Of a DNA stretch of 64,000 nucleotides, positions 1-19,227 are shown one piece after another; position 1 is the stretch's first letter; each line of letters starts with the position of its first letter. This DNA is from Pristiophorus japonicus. Taxonomy: Eukaryota. Below the pieces are notes generated by a model, which searched no databases, had not been told where the DNA came from, and saw only the letters and a program-made list of their open reading frames with translations. Location of the stretch: positions 241,056,001 to 241,120,000 of the forward strand of contig NC_091984.1 in assembly GCF_044704955.1 (NCBI RefSeq), in the 5' to 3' direction. The position numbers and the translations under genes are program-made.

Positions 1-2179
1 ATGTTAGCTGTTCTTGTATCCTGTCTCGTCACCATAAAACAGACACGGGCCGAACAGTCGTCTTCCATGCTGTATAATTCAATGATCGTGAAATGTGTAA
101 AAGGAGTGTCCATTTCCTCAATAAAATCTGAATCTGCTAATGGTCCCTTGGATTGTTCTTTCTGGTAGGGAGGGGTTAACGTGTAAAGACACGTGGATTT
201 CATCAAGTTACTTTGTAGAAGAGTTTGTACTTGAACATTAAGCTTGAAGAACTGAGTTTTACAAACCATGAAGCTTTTCCACAACAGTTGTGTCCCAGTT
301 ACTGAGAACATGTCCCATGCTTGGCTTAATATCTCTATTAGATGTAAAATAAGAAATAGCTTTAATTGTACAGTAATTGGTTTTTCAAATCTGAACTTTT
401 AGGAATAAACTGTTTGTCTTCTGTTGAAGTTTTGCCAAATAACTACCATATGGCCATTATGATGAAGGGACTCCATCCACGATGTTGGCCTGTCTTTTCT
501 TTTTACCAATGATTCACCTGTGTACTTGCAGCATTTTCTGTTTATATTTCACTTAACCTATGAACATTAACATGCCAGTCTCAGTATTAGTGCAGAATTA
601 TTGTTGCTGGTAGTGAGCTAGTTCATTGTTGTATAGGTACTGGGTTGAAAAGGGCTAGTTTGACATTTTTGATAGTTAATATATTTTCCTTCCTTGAACA
701 AAATGGTTGCTTTCTTCAGATCGGTAATTCAAATTAGCGAGTAGGTTGGATGTAGTTTTTAGACCTTTCAATTAGCTCTTAAAGGTGGTCCCTATTTGCT
801 GAGACCACTTGCAGAACAAACATGCATCAATTCACAGGACAATGGGGAGGCAGATGTGTTAATTGAGAAGTTCCCTCGTTTATTGTGCCATTAGGTTCTG
901 TTTGTGTGATAAATCACTAACTGACACTTTCAGATTATGAACAGAATGTTGAAAGTTTGATCAGTATCATTTGTGTGGTTACAGAAGCGGCAGGAAACGA
1001 CCAGCCCCATTAGTATTTGAAAAGAGAAGATGGTTCAATATTTGGGGTGGAGACTATACGAACTGTTTCGTAGAATCAGAATGTTACAGCACAGACAGAG
1101 ATCATTCGGCCCATCGTGTTTTCAAAGAGCTATCCACTGAGTCCCATTGTCCTGTCCTTTCCCCATACTCTTGATTCCCCCCCCCCCCCCCCCCCCCCCC
1201 ACTCCCCTTTAGACATTTATCCACTTCCCTTTTAACAGCAGGATTCTGCTTGCACTGTTGTTTCTGGTAGGGCAATCCCTGTCCTAATAAGATTTTGCAT
1301 TAAAAAGTGTTTCTATCTTATCCTTGTTAATACAGTTACAGATTAAGCATTTTAGCCATCCCTATAAATACTTCAATTGTGCAACAAAAAAAAAGCCTTA
1401 ATACTTCAGTCTGAGACATTGTGCTCCATTTCTGTTGGTTCATGTTTAAAAAGTATCTACAAAAACATGCTAAGGGCTACGTTTGTCAATGGTTTGTGAA
1501 CAGGAGATATATTCTGAATCCGAACGATTTGGAGTCTGACGGTCTCTTGCCTTCCAGCAGTGGGTAAAGTGTAGTCGCAGCTGCTGTCGCCAAACTTGTC
1601 GGTCCGGAATTAAAATGGGAGCACAGTACAACCCTGTCTGACCTTTTTGATAGTTCAGCACCTTAGGGATATTTAAGCTGATGCCAAATAATTACTTAAT
1701 CTGCATGAATGTAGAGTCTGAGAAGTTGTGTTCTGTGCTGTCTCTCCTCAAACCACGTTGCTTTCAACTTTTAAAAATTTGGACGCACAACAGTGAACAC
1801 AACTCCTTGCCCGGAGACAATTCTGTGTAGCTTTCCCACAATTTTAATCTTAAAAGTTGACTTTCAGGGAAAAAAGATGTGAATCTAACATCCTGGGACA
1901 TCGGTGATGAGGTTATTAATGCTATATCTAAAAATCGAGGGCTGAGTCCGGAAAGAATCTTTGTAGATACTCGTCAACCTCGGGCGATGCAAACAGCATG
2001 AAGCCCAAGTGTGGTGTTCAGGTGAAATGGGGATAGTTGGACCAGCGCGTGCAGGTGTAATTCAGTCCCCATTTTAAAGTTATAGATTCTGTCCTTGTAT
2101 TTGTTTCGAATTGTACAGCACAGATGGAGTCCCATCGTGTCTGCCGGCTCTCTGAAAGAACTATCCAATTAGTCTCTCT

Positions 2180-2314
2180 AAATGTTCCTCACAATTTTTT
2201 CTGGTCTGCGTGACCCCTTTAATGAGCTGTGCGGCACATTCAGACGTCCGTGCATGCGCAGTTTTTCGATTTAAAAGCCGTCTCTGGCTGAGTGGGCCCT
2301 TAAAAGGAGCATGG
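2180..2314. mobile_element. Degenerate MITE (CAATGTTCCC-terminus family)
   Basis: Ends aaatgttcct...aggagcatgg; internal similarity to 52896-53037. Confidence 0.5.
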
Positions 2315-2627
2315 ATCCCACATTTCCCCATAGCCCTGAAAATTGTTCTTTTTCAAGTATATATCCAATTCTCTTTTGAAAGTTATGAGTGAATCTGCTT
2401 CCACTGCCCTTTCAGGCAGCGCATTCCAGATATTAACAACTCACTGCGCAAAGAAAATAACCTCCATATTCCCGTTGGTTGTGCTGTAAATTCCAATGTC
2501 CACATTTCAAGTGGAAGCAGTTTTATTGTCAGATTGTAATTCCACCCTCCTGGCGGTAGGCACTGCAGCACCTGTATTGGTGGGAGAGTAGCATTACAGT
2601 GTGACAGGATTACATACAGTTTTGTGA

Positions 2628-5600
2628 ATAAGAACATAAGAAATAGCCATTCAATAAGATCATGGCTGATCTAATCGTGGACTCAGCTCCACTTCCCCGC
2701 CTACTCTCCAAAACCCCTTATCCCCATATTGTTCAAGAAACTGTCTATTTCTGGCTTAAATTTATTCAATGTCCCAGCTTCCACAGCTCTCTGAGGCAGC
2801 AAATTCCACAGATTTACAACCCTCAGAAGAAATTTCTCCTCATCTCAGTTTTAAATGGGTGGCCCCTTATTCTAAGATTATGCCTTCTAGTTCTAGTCTT
2901 CCCCCATCAGTGGAAACATCCTCTTGTCAAGCCCCCTCATAATCTTACACGTCTCGATAAGATCACCTCTCATTCTTCTGAATTCCAATGAGTAGAGGCC
3001 CAATCTACTCAACCTTTCCTCATAAGTCAACCCCTTCATCTCCGGAATCAACCGAGTGAACCTTCTCTGAACTGCCTCCAAAGCGAGTATATCCTTTCGT
3101 AAATATGGAAACCAAAATTGCACACGGTATTCCAGGTGTGGCCTCACCAATACCCTGTATAGCTGTAGCAAGACTTCCCTGTTTTTATACTCCTTCCCCT
3201 TTGCAATAAAGGCCAAGATTCCATTGGCCTTCCTGATCACTTGCTGTACCTGCATACTATTCTTGTGTTTCATGCACAAGTATCCACAGGTCCTGCTGTA
3301 CTGCAGCACTTTGCAATCTTTCTCCATTTAAATAATAACTTGCTCTTTGATTTTTTTTTTCTGCCAAAGTGGATGACCTCACACTTTCCAGCATTATAGT
3401 CCATCTGCTAAATGTTTGCCCACTCACTTAGCCTGTCTATGTCCTTTTGCAGATTTTTTGTGTCCTCCTCACACGTTGCTTTTCCTCCCATCCTTGTATC
3501 GTCAGCAAATTTGGCTACGTTGCACTCAGTCCCTTCTTCCAAGTCGTTAATATAGATTGTAAATAGTTGGGGTCCCAGCACTGATCCCTGCGGCACCCCA
3601 CTAATTACTGGTTGCCAACCAGAGAATGAACCATTTATCCCGACTTTCTGTTAGTTAGCCAATCCTCTAACCATGCTAATATATTACCCCTGACCCTGTG
3701 AACTTTTATCTTCTACAGTAACGTTTTATGTGGCACCTTGTCAAATGCCTTCTGGAAGTCCAAATACACTACATCCACTGGTTCCCCTTTATCCACCCTG
3801 TTTGTTACATCCTCAAAGAACTCCAGCAAATTTGTCAAACATGACTTCCCCTTCATAAATCCATGCTGACTCTGCCTGACTGAATTTTGCTTTTCCAAAT
3901 GTCCTGCTACTGCTTCTTTAATAATGAGCTCCAACATTTTCCCAATCACAGATGTTAGGCAAACTGGTCTCTGCTTTTTGTCTGCCTCCTTTTTTAAATA
4001 GGGGCGTTACATTTGCAGTTTTCCAATCTGCTGGGACCACCCCAGAATCCAGGGAAATTTGGTAAATTACGACCAATGCATCCACAATCCCTGCGCTACT
4101 TCTCTTAAGACCCAAGGATGCAAGCCATCAGGTCCAGGGGATTTATCTGCCTTTCGTCCCATTATCTTTGAGTAGCACCTGCTTAGTGATTGTGATTGTG
4201 TTAAGTTCCTCCCCCCCCTATAGCCCCTTGACGATCCACTGTTGGGATATTGTTAGTATCCTCTACTGTAAAGACTGATACAAAATATTTGTTCAGAGTT
4301 TCTGCCATCTCCATGTTCCCCATTACTAATTCCCTGGTCTCGTCCTCTAAGGGACCAACATTTACTTTAGCCACTCTTTTCCTTTTTATATACCTATAGA
4401 ATCTCTTGCTATCTGTTTTTATATTTCATGCTAGTTTACTTTATATAGTCTATCTTCCCGTAATCATTTTTTAGTCATTCTTTGCTGGCTTTTAAAAGCT
4501 TCCCAGTCTTCTGTCCTCCCACTAATTTTGGCCACTTTGTATGCTCTTGTTTTTAATTGGTTACCGTCCTTTATTTCTTCAGTTAGCCACGGATGGCTCT
4601 CTTTTCTCATAGAAACATGGAAAATAGGTGCACGAGTAGGCCATTCTGCCCTTCGAGCCTACACCACCATTCAATATAATCATGGTTGATCATGCAATTT
4701 CAGTACCCCATTCCTGCTTTCCCTCCATACCCCTTGATCCTGTTAGCCGTAAGGACCACATCTCACTCCCCTTTGAATATATCTAACGAACTGGCCTCAA
4801 CAACTTTCTGTGGTAGAGAATTCCACAGGTTCACAATTCTGAGTGAAGAAGTTTCTCCTCATCTCGGTCCTAAATGGCTTACCCCTTATCCTTAGACTGT
4901 GACCCCGGTTCTGGACTTCCCCAACATCAGGAACACCATCTTGCACCCTTTCCTCCTCACCTGGAATATATTTTTCTTGAGAGTTGTGAAATATCTCCTT
5001 AAATGTACACCACTGTTCATCAACCGTACACTTTAATCTATTTTCCCAGTCCGCTTTAGCCAACTCTGCCCTCATACCTTGATAGTCTCCTTTTATTTAA
5101 GCTTAGTACGCGTTAGAGATCCCACTTTCTCATCCTCCATCTGAATTTGAAATTCAATCATGCTATGATCACTCATTTCAAGGGGATCCTTTACTAGGAG
5201 ATTGTTTATTAATCCTGTCTCATTACACAGGACCAGGTCTAAGCCTGCCCCCCGGTTGATTCCGTTACATACTGCTCAATGAATCCGTCCCTTACGCACT
5301 CTATGAACCCCTCTTCAAGACTACTCAGACCAATTTGATTTGTCCAATCAATATGGAGGTTAAAATCACTCATAATTATTGCTGTTGCCTTTTTACAAGC
5401 CCCCACTATTTCCTGGTTTATGCTCCGACCAACAGAGTTACTACTGTTAGGGGGGCCTATAAACTACGCCCGCCAATAACATTTTCCCTTATTATTCCTT
5501 ATCTCCACCCAAACTGTTTCAACATCCTGATCATTTGAGCTAAAAGCTTTTCTCACTATTGCAGTGATTCCATCCTTTATCAATAGAACTACCCCACCTC

Positions 5601-6425
5601 CTTTTCCTTTCTGTCTGTCCTTCCGGGTTGTCAAGTACCCCTGAATATTTAATTCCCAGTCCTGGCCACCTTGCAACCACGTCTCTGTAATGCTCATCAG
5701 ATCATACCCATTTGTCTCAATTTGTGCCGTCAACTCATCTATTTTGTAACAAATGCTACGTGCATTTAGACAAAGTGTTTTAAAATTTGTGTTATACCCT
5801 TTTTTCCTGTTTGTTTCCTCTCTCCTTCAAATTCACTTACTTTATTTTTGCTTTCTAATTCCAGCTTTACTCCCCTCCCTACTGAATCTATTTTCAGGTT
5901 CCCATCCCCCTGCCAAGCTAGTTTAAACCCTCCACAACAGCACTAGCAGACCCCCCCCCCCCCCCGGCTCTGTTGAAGTGCAACCTTGTCCGGCTTGTAC
6001 AGGTCCCACCTCCCCCAGAAGCAGTCCCAATGCCTCAGGAAACTAAAGCCCTCCCACCTGCACCATCTCTCCAGCCACATATTCATCTGCTCTATCCTAT
6101 TATTTCTGAACTCACTAGCTCATGGCACTGGGAGTAATCCGGAGATTACTATCTTTTTGAGGTCCTGGTTTTTAATCTCCTAGCTCCCTAAACCCTGCCT
6201 GCAGGACCTCTTCCTACCTATCTCGTTGGCACCGATGTGGACTATGACCTCTGGCTGTTAACCCTCATCCCCCAGAATGCTCTGCAGCCGCTCAGTGACA
6301 TGCTTGACCCTGGCACCAGGGAGGTAACATACCATCCTGGAGTCACGTTTGCGGCTGCAGAAACGCTAGTCTGCTCACCTGACTATCGAGTCCCCTACCA
6401 CTATAGCTCTTCCCACCCCCCCTCC
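2628..6425 (-). mobile_element. CR1-clade LINE, near full length, disrupted (ORF1 SGNH esterase remnant, APE endonuclease, RT)
   Basis: ORF fragments [65 protein letters not shown]; 3' tail near 2628. Confidence 0.93.
4608..4935 (-). mobile_element. 5'-truncated CR1 3' end nested in an older CR1
   Basis: catagaaacat tail and [21 protein letters not shown] interrupting the host ORF2. Confidence 0.85.
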
Positions 6426-6799
6426 ACACACAGCTGTAATATAAAAAGTTGACTCCCCCTCCCTGCACCGCGACACTCTCACTGCATTCAGATGAAAGAT
6501 TTTTAATATATAGCTCTGGATAACGAGTGACTTTTACTGAGGGCTGGCTAAGTGGGGTCTCTTTGGGTTTGAAGTGGCTCCAAAGTGACTCCCTTGCCAA
6601 TAAGATGATTCTCTGGCAGACTAGGAATTGCAATACCTGACAGACGGGTGCAGGGCGCTGGTGATTAAACAGCCAGCCTGGCTCACGACTGGAACCTGGA
6701 AGGGGGTTGGGATTCTTCCCAGTCAGCGCCAGATAACCCTGAAAACTCGTGTCCGAGCGGACAGGGTTGTCTGAACTGGACAAGTGGCAGGCGATTTAT

Positions 6800-6816
6800 C
6801 AGTGCCCCCTGCTGGT
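6800..6816 (-). promoter_or_regulatory. Candidate CTCF site
   Basis: Minus strand reads ACCAGCAGGGGGCACTG, close to the CTCF core consensus. Confidence 0.5.
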
Positions 6817-7033
6817 AGGCTGTGTGGATTTAGCGAGTTAAACTCCCATCAGTACCCCTGCATACACTTGGAGGCTCCTAACCCTTGGCTTTGGCTGTTT
6901 GGGTGTGTCCCTTTGAGGACAGAGTGCATTCGGGCAACCAAACTACCTGTATGGACGTCTCACTGGCTTGTTTTGAAGAATCATTATAACGGTTATGGGT
7001 TTCTGTGCACGTTGCCTTCCGCGTGTACTGTAA

Positions 7034-12432
<5,399 letters not shown>

Positions 12433-14160
12433 CAGCCCCGTGTAGAAGTTCAGCATCGGATCCACAATCTGAAAAGTATCTGGTCACAACAGCTTTTATT
12501 ACTTTGTCACTTGACTGAAAACCTTCCAGGCACTTAACGGTTTTCACTTACTGCTGTTTATTTAAAACCCTTTGTAGTATAATGTTGGGAGTCTGTGGGT
12601 TTGAGATAATTTGCAGAGGCCACAAGTTGCATTGTAGGGGATTTTTGATGCTCCAAAACATTTCAGATCGGTTTCTGAAAGGGATCCAAATAACACACAA
12701 GCCCCCCTAATGCTTTTAAAGCATTTCTATTACAGCGTGTAAGCAAGTTAATTTGTTTGCAATGCTGTATATAGATCTCCTGCCTTTTGGAATATTAGTG
12801 GTTCCCTACAGCTATGTTTTTTAAAGTGGCTGTGCATTTCTGTGGAGGATTTCTGCAAATTTACGATTAGTTTAGTACCTGAGGTATAGATTAACTGTAA
12901 CCCTGTCCAGCCACCTTCCTGTTGTCGCACCCGGTTTTCTTTCTCCTTTCATTACCCGTTTTCACCACTGGAACCAAATTTGCCTCTGGGGGTTTGGTGA
13001 TTTGTTATAGATGTGGATGTTTTTATAAAAATCCATATAAATACGCTTTTTATTTGCTTCGCTGTAATTAATTGGTAACATTGATGATGGGCTTAAACTG
13101 CAAACTAAAAGGAAAAGCATCAGGTGTGTGGGTTGCTGATTAAGACATGACTGGTGTGAAAAAGTTGCTTTTACTTGGTCTTTTGAAAATCTTTTCACAA
13201 CAATTTTGTACAATTTATTTACAGTTCTGGTTTATCTTCGTGTTTAAGAGGTCAACTTGTGTTACTTTAGGGCAGCAGACCGTAGGTACAGCACATGAAG
13301 CTCCACAAACCCACAACTTTCCGCCTCGCTATCACGGTTTCTTTTATTTACATTCAAAATAAAGAGAATGCTACTTGATTCCAGAAATGCAGCTGGTTAA
13401 AATAATCCTGTGTCGTGGCTCGCACAGCGGCCTGATTGCACCTGGTTTGTTAACTCCTCTCCGACGACCTGTGACCTTTCCAGCGGACATGGCTGTCTAA
13501 TCATCGGCTGTGGTGTAACCGACGGTTTGTTGTTGCCGGTGCCATCTTTGGTTTCTGGGCCTCAGAATATTTGTGAAGCTATTGGCGTGAGTTTCCTCGT
13601 TAACTGAAGCATTGTAAAACCATGAATAAAACTCCCAGGAACAGCGAAGGGATTTTGGGGGGGTGGGGAGGGTGTCATTTTTATATATTATATATATATA
13701 TATATATAAAAAAAATGTTCCAGCTGATATTAAACTCACAAAAGCGGGTTTAAAAATTTTTTTAAATCTTCTGGAATTCGAGTTTACGGTGGAAAATGAA
13801 TATTCACACTGCCAGTCCAAGCTGCTTATCACCACGGTCGTTTTGAAAAGGTTGCAGGTTTTCAGTGGCTGGGAACATTATTGTATAAATAAATGCTATC
13901 TGAACTTTACTTTGGACCAGTGTATGTCTGCACTGACATGGGGTTTGGCTGGTGGACACTCTGCCTGGGAGGACTTTGGATGGAATGAAACTTGTGGGAT
14001 TGTGTGACTTTCAAAAGAACAGGTTTATAAAACTTCACCGTAAAAGAAATTCTGCTGTCTGCCAATTTTTTTTTCAAAATGTTTGTGTAACATCACATCT
14101 TAAATGGATCGGATGTGATTTGATGATGTAAATTAAAGTCGAAAGTGTCTCTCCAATAAA
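12433..14160 (+). terminator. TMED2: TMED2 3'UTR with several candidate AATAAA poly(A) signals
   Basis: AU-rich, TE-poor stretch; AATAAA at ~13358, ~13625, ~13888 and 14155; TGTATATA Pumilio-type element at 12766. Confidence 0.5.
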
Positions 14161-16043
14161 ATGACCCCGAGCCAATGAGTAATTAATGCAACATTCTCTG
14201 TGAAAGATTGACGTGGTGCGGAGGATCTACGTGTTTGTATTCTGCCCTTTGTAAACGTGTTGGCAGCTGTACTTCAGCAGTCGCACATCATTACACAAAA
14301 CAAAATTCCAAATGATTTTTTAATTCAAGGGGAAACAGTATATATATAAAAAAAACTTGCCAAATCTTGTGGCCCTATTCTTTTTTTTATTTAATAATTT
14401 TGGATGTACTTTGTAACGTGCTGCTTTGTTGGTAGGAATTTAAACGGAATGATCCAATGGGCTCCAGCTGCTGGTACCTTTCAAGAGCCAACCAGTGCTG
14501 TATGCGGAAAAGACCATCCCCACCACCCCCCTCATCTCCCTGATGAAAGCCAGCAGATCTGTGCCTGATTTTGAGTCAGTATTAATATGGTTGCTGAAAG
14601 TCCGGAATTTTAAATGGCAAATGTCATTGGATTGGTGATACAGTGGGAATCACTAAGGGTAGACACACAATGATTGTTTTATTCAGTGCCGCGGCTGCAG
14701 TTTTACTACGTCTCGGAATAAAGTTGGTCAAATTAGTTCCAATCTGGGTGGGGGGGCAGAAAACTTGCAAACACTGGGAATCTGAAACGCTAGAAATAGT
14801 GAAGAGAAGCGGGTCGATGTTTGGGGGTACAATCCTGATGAAGAGCAAAACATTGAAATGCTCACCGTCTCTCTTTACCGATGCTAGGATTAGTGCTGCA
14901 ATTGAGCTGGTTCCTGCAATTGTGGTTATTAACCAGAGCTTCGTCTATTTAATAACATTTTTCAACTATTGTACAGTTGCCTCCACAAACACACCTTGGT
15001 CTTCCAACTTTGAAAGCTTCAGTACAGTGACAGGTATCTAGATTGTGGTAACCACTCAATTGATAGAATTGAATTCCAATCCTATTTGTATTAATTTCCA
15101 CAAAAGTGTACTTGCAAATGAGAAATATATGCATTAAAGGAATTTACAGTAAATTGGGACAATCTTGTTGAATTTGCTAGGCCAAAAGAATGAGCAATGG
15201 GATGTGTCCAAAATGCACGGCACTGGATTTTGCCATCCTTTTTCTGATGCAGATTTTTACGACGAGATTTTAAAACCTTTCACTTAAGATTCTGAAATGC
15301 ATTGCTGATTTTCCTTATTCTAATAATTCCATCCTCCACTTACTTTGTTTGAACACAATGTTCTGGCCTATGGCACTGTCCTTCTTTCAATATTCTGGTC
15401 ATTGATGATGGTCAGTAGGCCTTTCAGTGACCTTTGTAATAAAATTAACAAACTTGCGATGTCAGCACATTTAATATGGGAAGGATTCTCTTGTGAGTGT
15501 TCAAGCCACACAGTTCCGAATGGTTTGAGCCGTGGTGTGTGCTGCATTAGCTGATATTTGGGGACAGTAATGGAACCACAGCCATTGCCCTCTGTCCCCG
15601 CGGGCTTCATCAGTTGGAGTTCTTGCCCTGAGACCGTGCTGCGATGGACATTGGGTGAGGACAGGATCAGGCTCAGCCGTGATGACTTTCTCTGGTCCTA
15701 GAACCCTACTGCAACTCGCCTCTGACTGCTCATTGTAACAAGGTATTGCAGGGTGTACGTACTGATGAAGTTGTAGCTCAGCTTAAGGTACTACTTTCAG
15801 GAGTGATGAGTAAATTGGGAGACTCGAAATGGAAACTAATAAGCTGGCCGCCAGTCACACCTCGAGAATCTTGCCCTGGTCTCGATTACTATCCCACTGA
15901 AGCCTCATGGTTACTGTGACTTGTTTACCACAGCCTGTTTAGCTCAGCAACCATGCATCACTTTAGAGTGAGTATTCAGACCACAGGTTGTTGCTCAATA
16001 TGTCTTGAAGTAACTGCTATTCATTGATAAGCGATACAGCTTT

Positions 16044-16260
16044 AAAGAAAGAAAACGAACTGGCATTTATATTACGCCTTTCACAACCTCAGGACACCCT
16101 AAAGTACTTGAAGTATTTTTGAAATGTAGTAACTGTTGTAATGTAGGAAACACGACAGCCAAATTGTGCACAACAAAGCCCCACAAACAGCAATGTGATG
16201 ATGACCAGATCATCTTGGATGAGGGATAAATATTGGCACCAGGGAGAGCTTCCCTGCTTT
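16044..16260 (-). mobile_element. DeuSINE (SacSINE1-like) 3' part
   Basis: Matches the tails at 30259 and ~47800-47990. Confidence 0.75.
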
Positions 16261-17174
16261 GGAATGCGATGCATTATTGAGCTCTCGGTCGAAAGGTGCG
16301 ATTTGCTAAGAGACTCTTGACTACTGAGCCAAGCCAATATAGTTCAGAATTTGAGGCCCAACAGCTAGTGCTGTTTGATGATCCCAGAACTTGAATCTTT
16401 GACCAGTGGAATGTACTTACACCTGCTTCAGTGCAGCCTCCCTCCATATACTCGCAAAATCATTACATGAGCATTGGAAGTTAATTTCTGTAACAAATAG
16501 AGCTTGTAATAAAGTTGCCCGTTCAAGTTTACAAGATTGGATGCGTTCACTAGTTACCAATGTGTGTCTGCTTTTTTTAAGCATTCTGATTCCAATATCT
16601 GAAAGTGAAATCCTTTTTTTACTGATCAGGTTTTGTATAGTGTGCTGTGGGAGCTGAAATGAAGCAGATCTGGACCAGCTGCTCTTTTTAGTAATAAAAT
16701 ATTGAAATGTTAAATAAAGAAAATGTCTGGACAACTTCTTGATTTACTATTTCAGTTTTTCATTTTTTTTTCATCCATTCTGTTGCCCATCCCTTCACTG
16801 CTTCATAATTCTCATCTTTCTTCACTCCTTCCCTCCTTTTCCCCAATCCACACCATCTCAACACTACAAAGGACAATGGTATTTAGTTAGTAGTTCTTTT
16901 GTATCTTTTGCAAGCTTAACTATTATTCCACTCAATCATCTATTTGATATTTTTGGCCTATCTCCTCTGATCTCACCTTGCTGGGCTTCTTAATACTTTC
17001 ATTCTCTAAAGCCTGTGTGCCTAAGACTTGGAACCACAGAGACTGTTCTAACTCTTCCCTCACAATCCGAGGCAGGATATAACAACGTTTTTTGGAAAGA
17101 TGAACTCTCTGTCACAATTGTTATGACCACTTCCTATTTTATTAACACTATGTGCTCCTTTAAACTTTACTCTT

Positions 17175-17830
17175 TTTTCATTCATGGGATGTGGGCATCA
17201 CTATTGCCCATCCCTAGTTGCCCTTGAGAAGGCGGTAGTAAGCTGCCTTCTTAGAAACATAGAAATTTACAGCGCAGAAGGAGGCTATTTCGGCCCATCG
17301 TGTACACGCCGGCCAACAAAGAGTCACACGGCCCTTAGTCAGTAGCCCCAAAGGTTACATATAAACCTATGAACAACGATGGAAAGGTAAAGAGCACCCA
17401 GCCCAACCAGTCCGCCTCACACAACTGTGACACCCCTTATACTGAAACATTCTACATTCCACCCCAACCGGAGCCATGTGATCTGCAGTCCATGTGGATT
17501 ATAGTTTTGGTACAACTGAGTGGCTCGCTGGGCCATTTCAGAGGGCAGTTAAGAGTCAACCATATTGCGGTGGGTCTGGAGTCACATATAGGCCAGACCA
17601 GGTAAGGACGGCAGGTTTCCTTCCCTAAAAGGACATTAGTGAACCAGATGGATTTTTAAGACAATCCGGTAGTTTCATTGTCAGCATTACTGATACTAGC
17701 TTTCTATTCCAGATTTATTTAATTAATTGAATTTAAATTCCCCAGTTGCTGTGGTGGGATTTGAATTTGCGTCTCTGGATCATTAGTCTGGGCCTCGGGA
17801 TTACTGGTCCAGTAACATAACCACTATGTT
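17175..17830 (-). mobile_element. tRNA-derived SINE interrupted by a CR1-type 3'UTR fragment (17251-17482)
   Basis: Host SINE resumes after the insert; the insert is near-identical to 38273-38505. Confidence 0.8.
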
Positions 17831-18067
17831 TCTTCCAGTGGTCCATCCTCTTAGCTGGTTCTCCTTACATTTTTGCTGTTTTGAAATCAAGACTTTGCAG
17901 TTTCCTACTCTTGGTTCATAATTTTCTTGATCTCAAAACTGCTGACATCCCAGTGTTTCCTTGGCCTTACCATTTTCTCTTTTCAACCTTGGTGGATCCT
18001 GACGTCTGACCCTTGGATCTTCACCTTGATTTCTCAAAAGTTGTGGTGAATATTCTTCTTTATAAGA

Positions 18068-18165
18068 TCCAGTTCTGATGAAGGGACCTGAAACGTTAAC
18101 ACCGTTTCTCTCCACAGATGATGCCTGACCCGCTGAGATTTCCAGCATTTTCTGTTTTTATTTCT
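18068..18165 (+). mobile_element. Penelope-like element terminal repeat fragment with minimal hammerhead core
   Basis: agttCTGATGAagggacctGAAAcgttaac followed by the same terminus as ~19050-19125. Confidence 0.65.
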
Positions 18166-18916
18166 TCTTTAAATGTGGGTTTTTATATTGGAGACGTATT
18201 GGAGGACATAAATTTATAATCAATAGAGCGAAGGGAGAGGTTTTTAGATTCCTTTTACTCAGAAGGTTGATAAGACATGCAATGCTCTACCAGAAACAGT
18301 GGTGGAAGCAAATCCATTCTCGCTTTTAAAAGGGAAGTGGGTTAATATTTGAAAAAATGAAAAGGGCTGGGCAATGGGACTAAGTGGGTAGCACTTTTAA
18401 AGAGTTGGCACAGCATGGTGGGCTAAATGGCCTCATTTTGTGCTGTAATCTTTCCTATAAATTATGAAGTTCAGATGATCAGCATTGCCAACATTACAGA
18501 AATGTCAGGAGTGGCATTTATGATCGATATAAGTTGTTGCAACTGATATTTTATGGGTGATAGCCATCAACATTGTCCCCACTTTAAAACCAGAGTGATA
18601 GTCTGTTCTAAGGGTCACTGAGCAGATATGGTTTAATATGTTGACTGAAGAAGATTTTAAGATGGGGACAAGTAGAAAAAAATATATATATTTCCAGCAA
18701 AAAAGTGTTTGTCTTCTGTACCTTCTCACCATTTAGCTGATGGGATAGAAGAGGATATCAGGCTTTCCCCAATTGTGATTGGATGCAAGAAAGGGAGGCC
18801 TGAACTAACTGTCTCCACCTTTTACAGGTGTATTCTAAGGAATATAGGGTAGTAACAGGGGTTCAGGAAAATAAGGTGAATAGAGGGTAAATAACAACAA
18901 CTACTTGTATTTATAT

Positions 18917-19125
18917 AACACAAAAGCAAAATACTGCGGATGCTGGAATCTGAAATAAAAATGCTGGAAATCTCAGCAGGTGTGGAGAGAGAAACAGTTA
19001 ACGTTTCAGGTCCGTGATCGGATTCAGGTTTTGAAGAAGAGTCACAGATCTGAAACATTAACTCTGTTTCTCTCCACAGATGTTGCCTGGCCTGCTGAGA
19101 TTTCCAGCATTTTCTGTTTGTATTT
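18917..19125. mobile_element. Inverted (palindromic) Penelope-like terminal repeats
   Basis: aatgctggaaatctcagcagg...cctgctgagatttccagcatt arms. Confidence 0.7.
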
Positions 19126-19227
19126 ATAGTAGTAAAACATCCCAAGCCGCTTCACAGGAGTATTATAAGATAAAATAAATGGACACTGAGCCACACAAGG
19201 AGAAATGAAGGCAGGTGACCAAAAACT

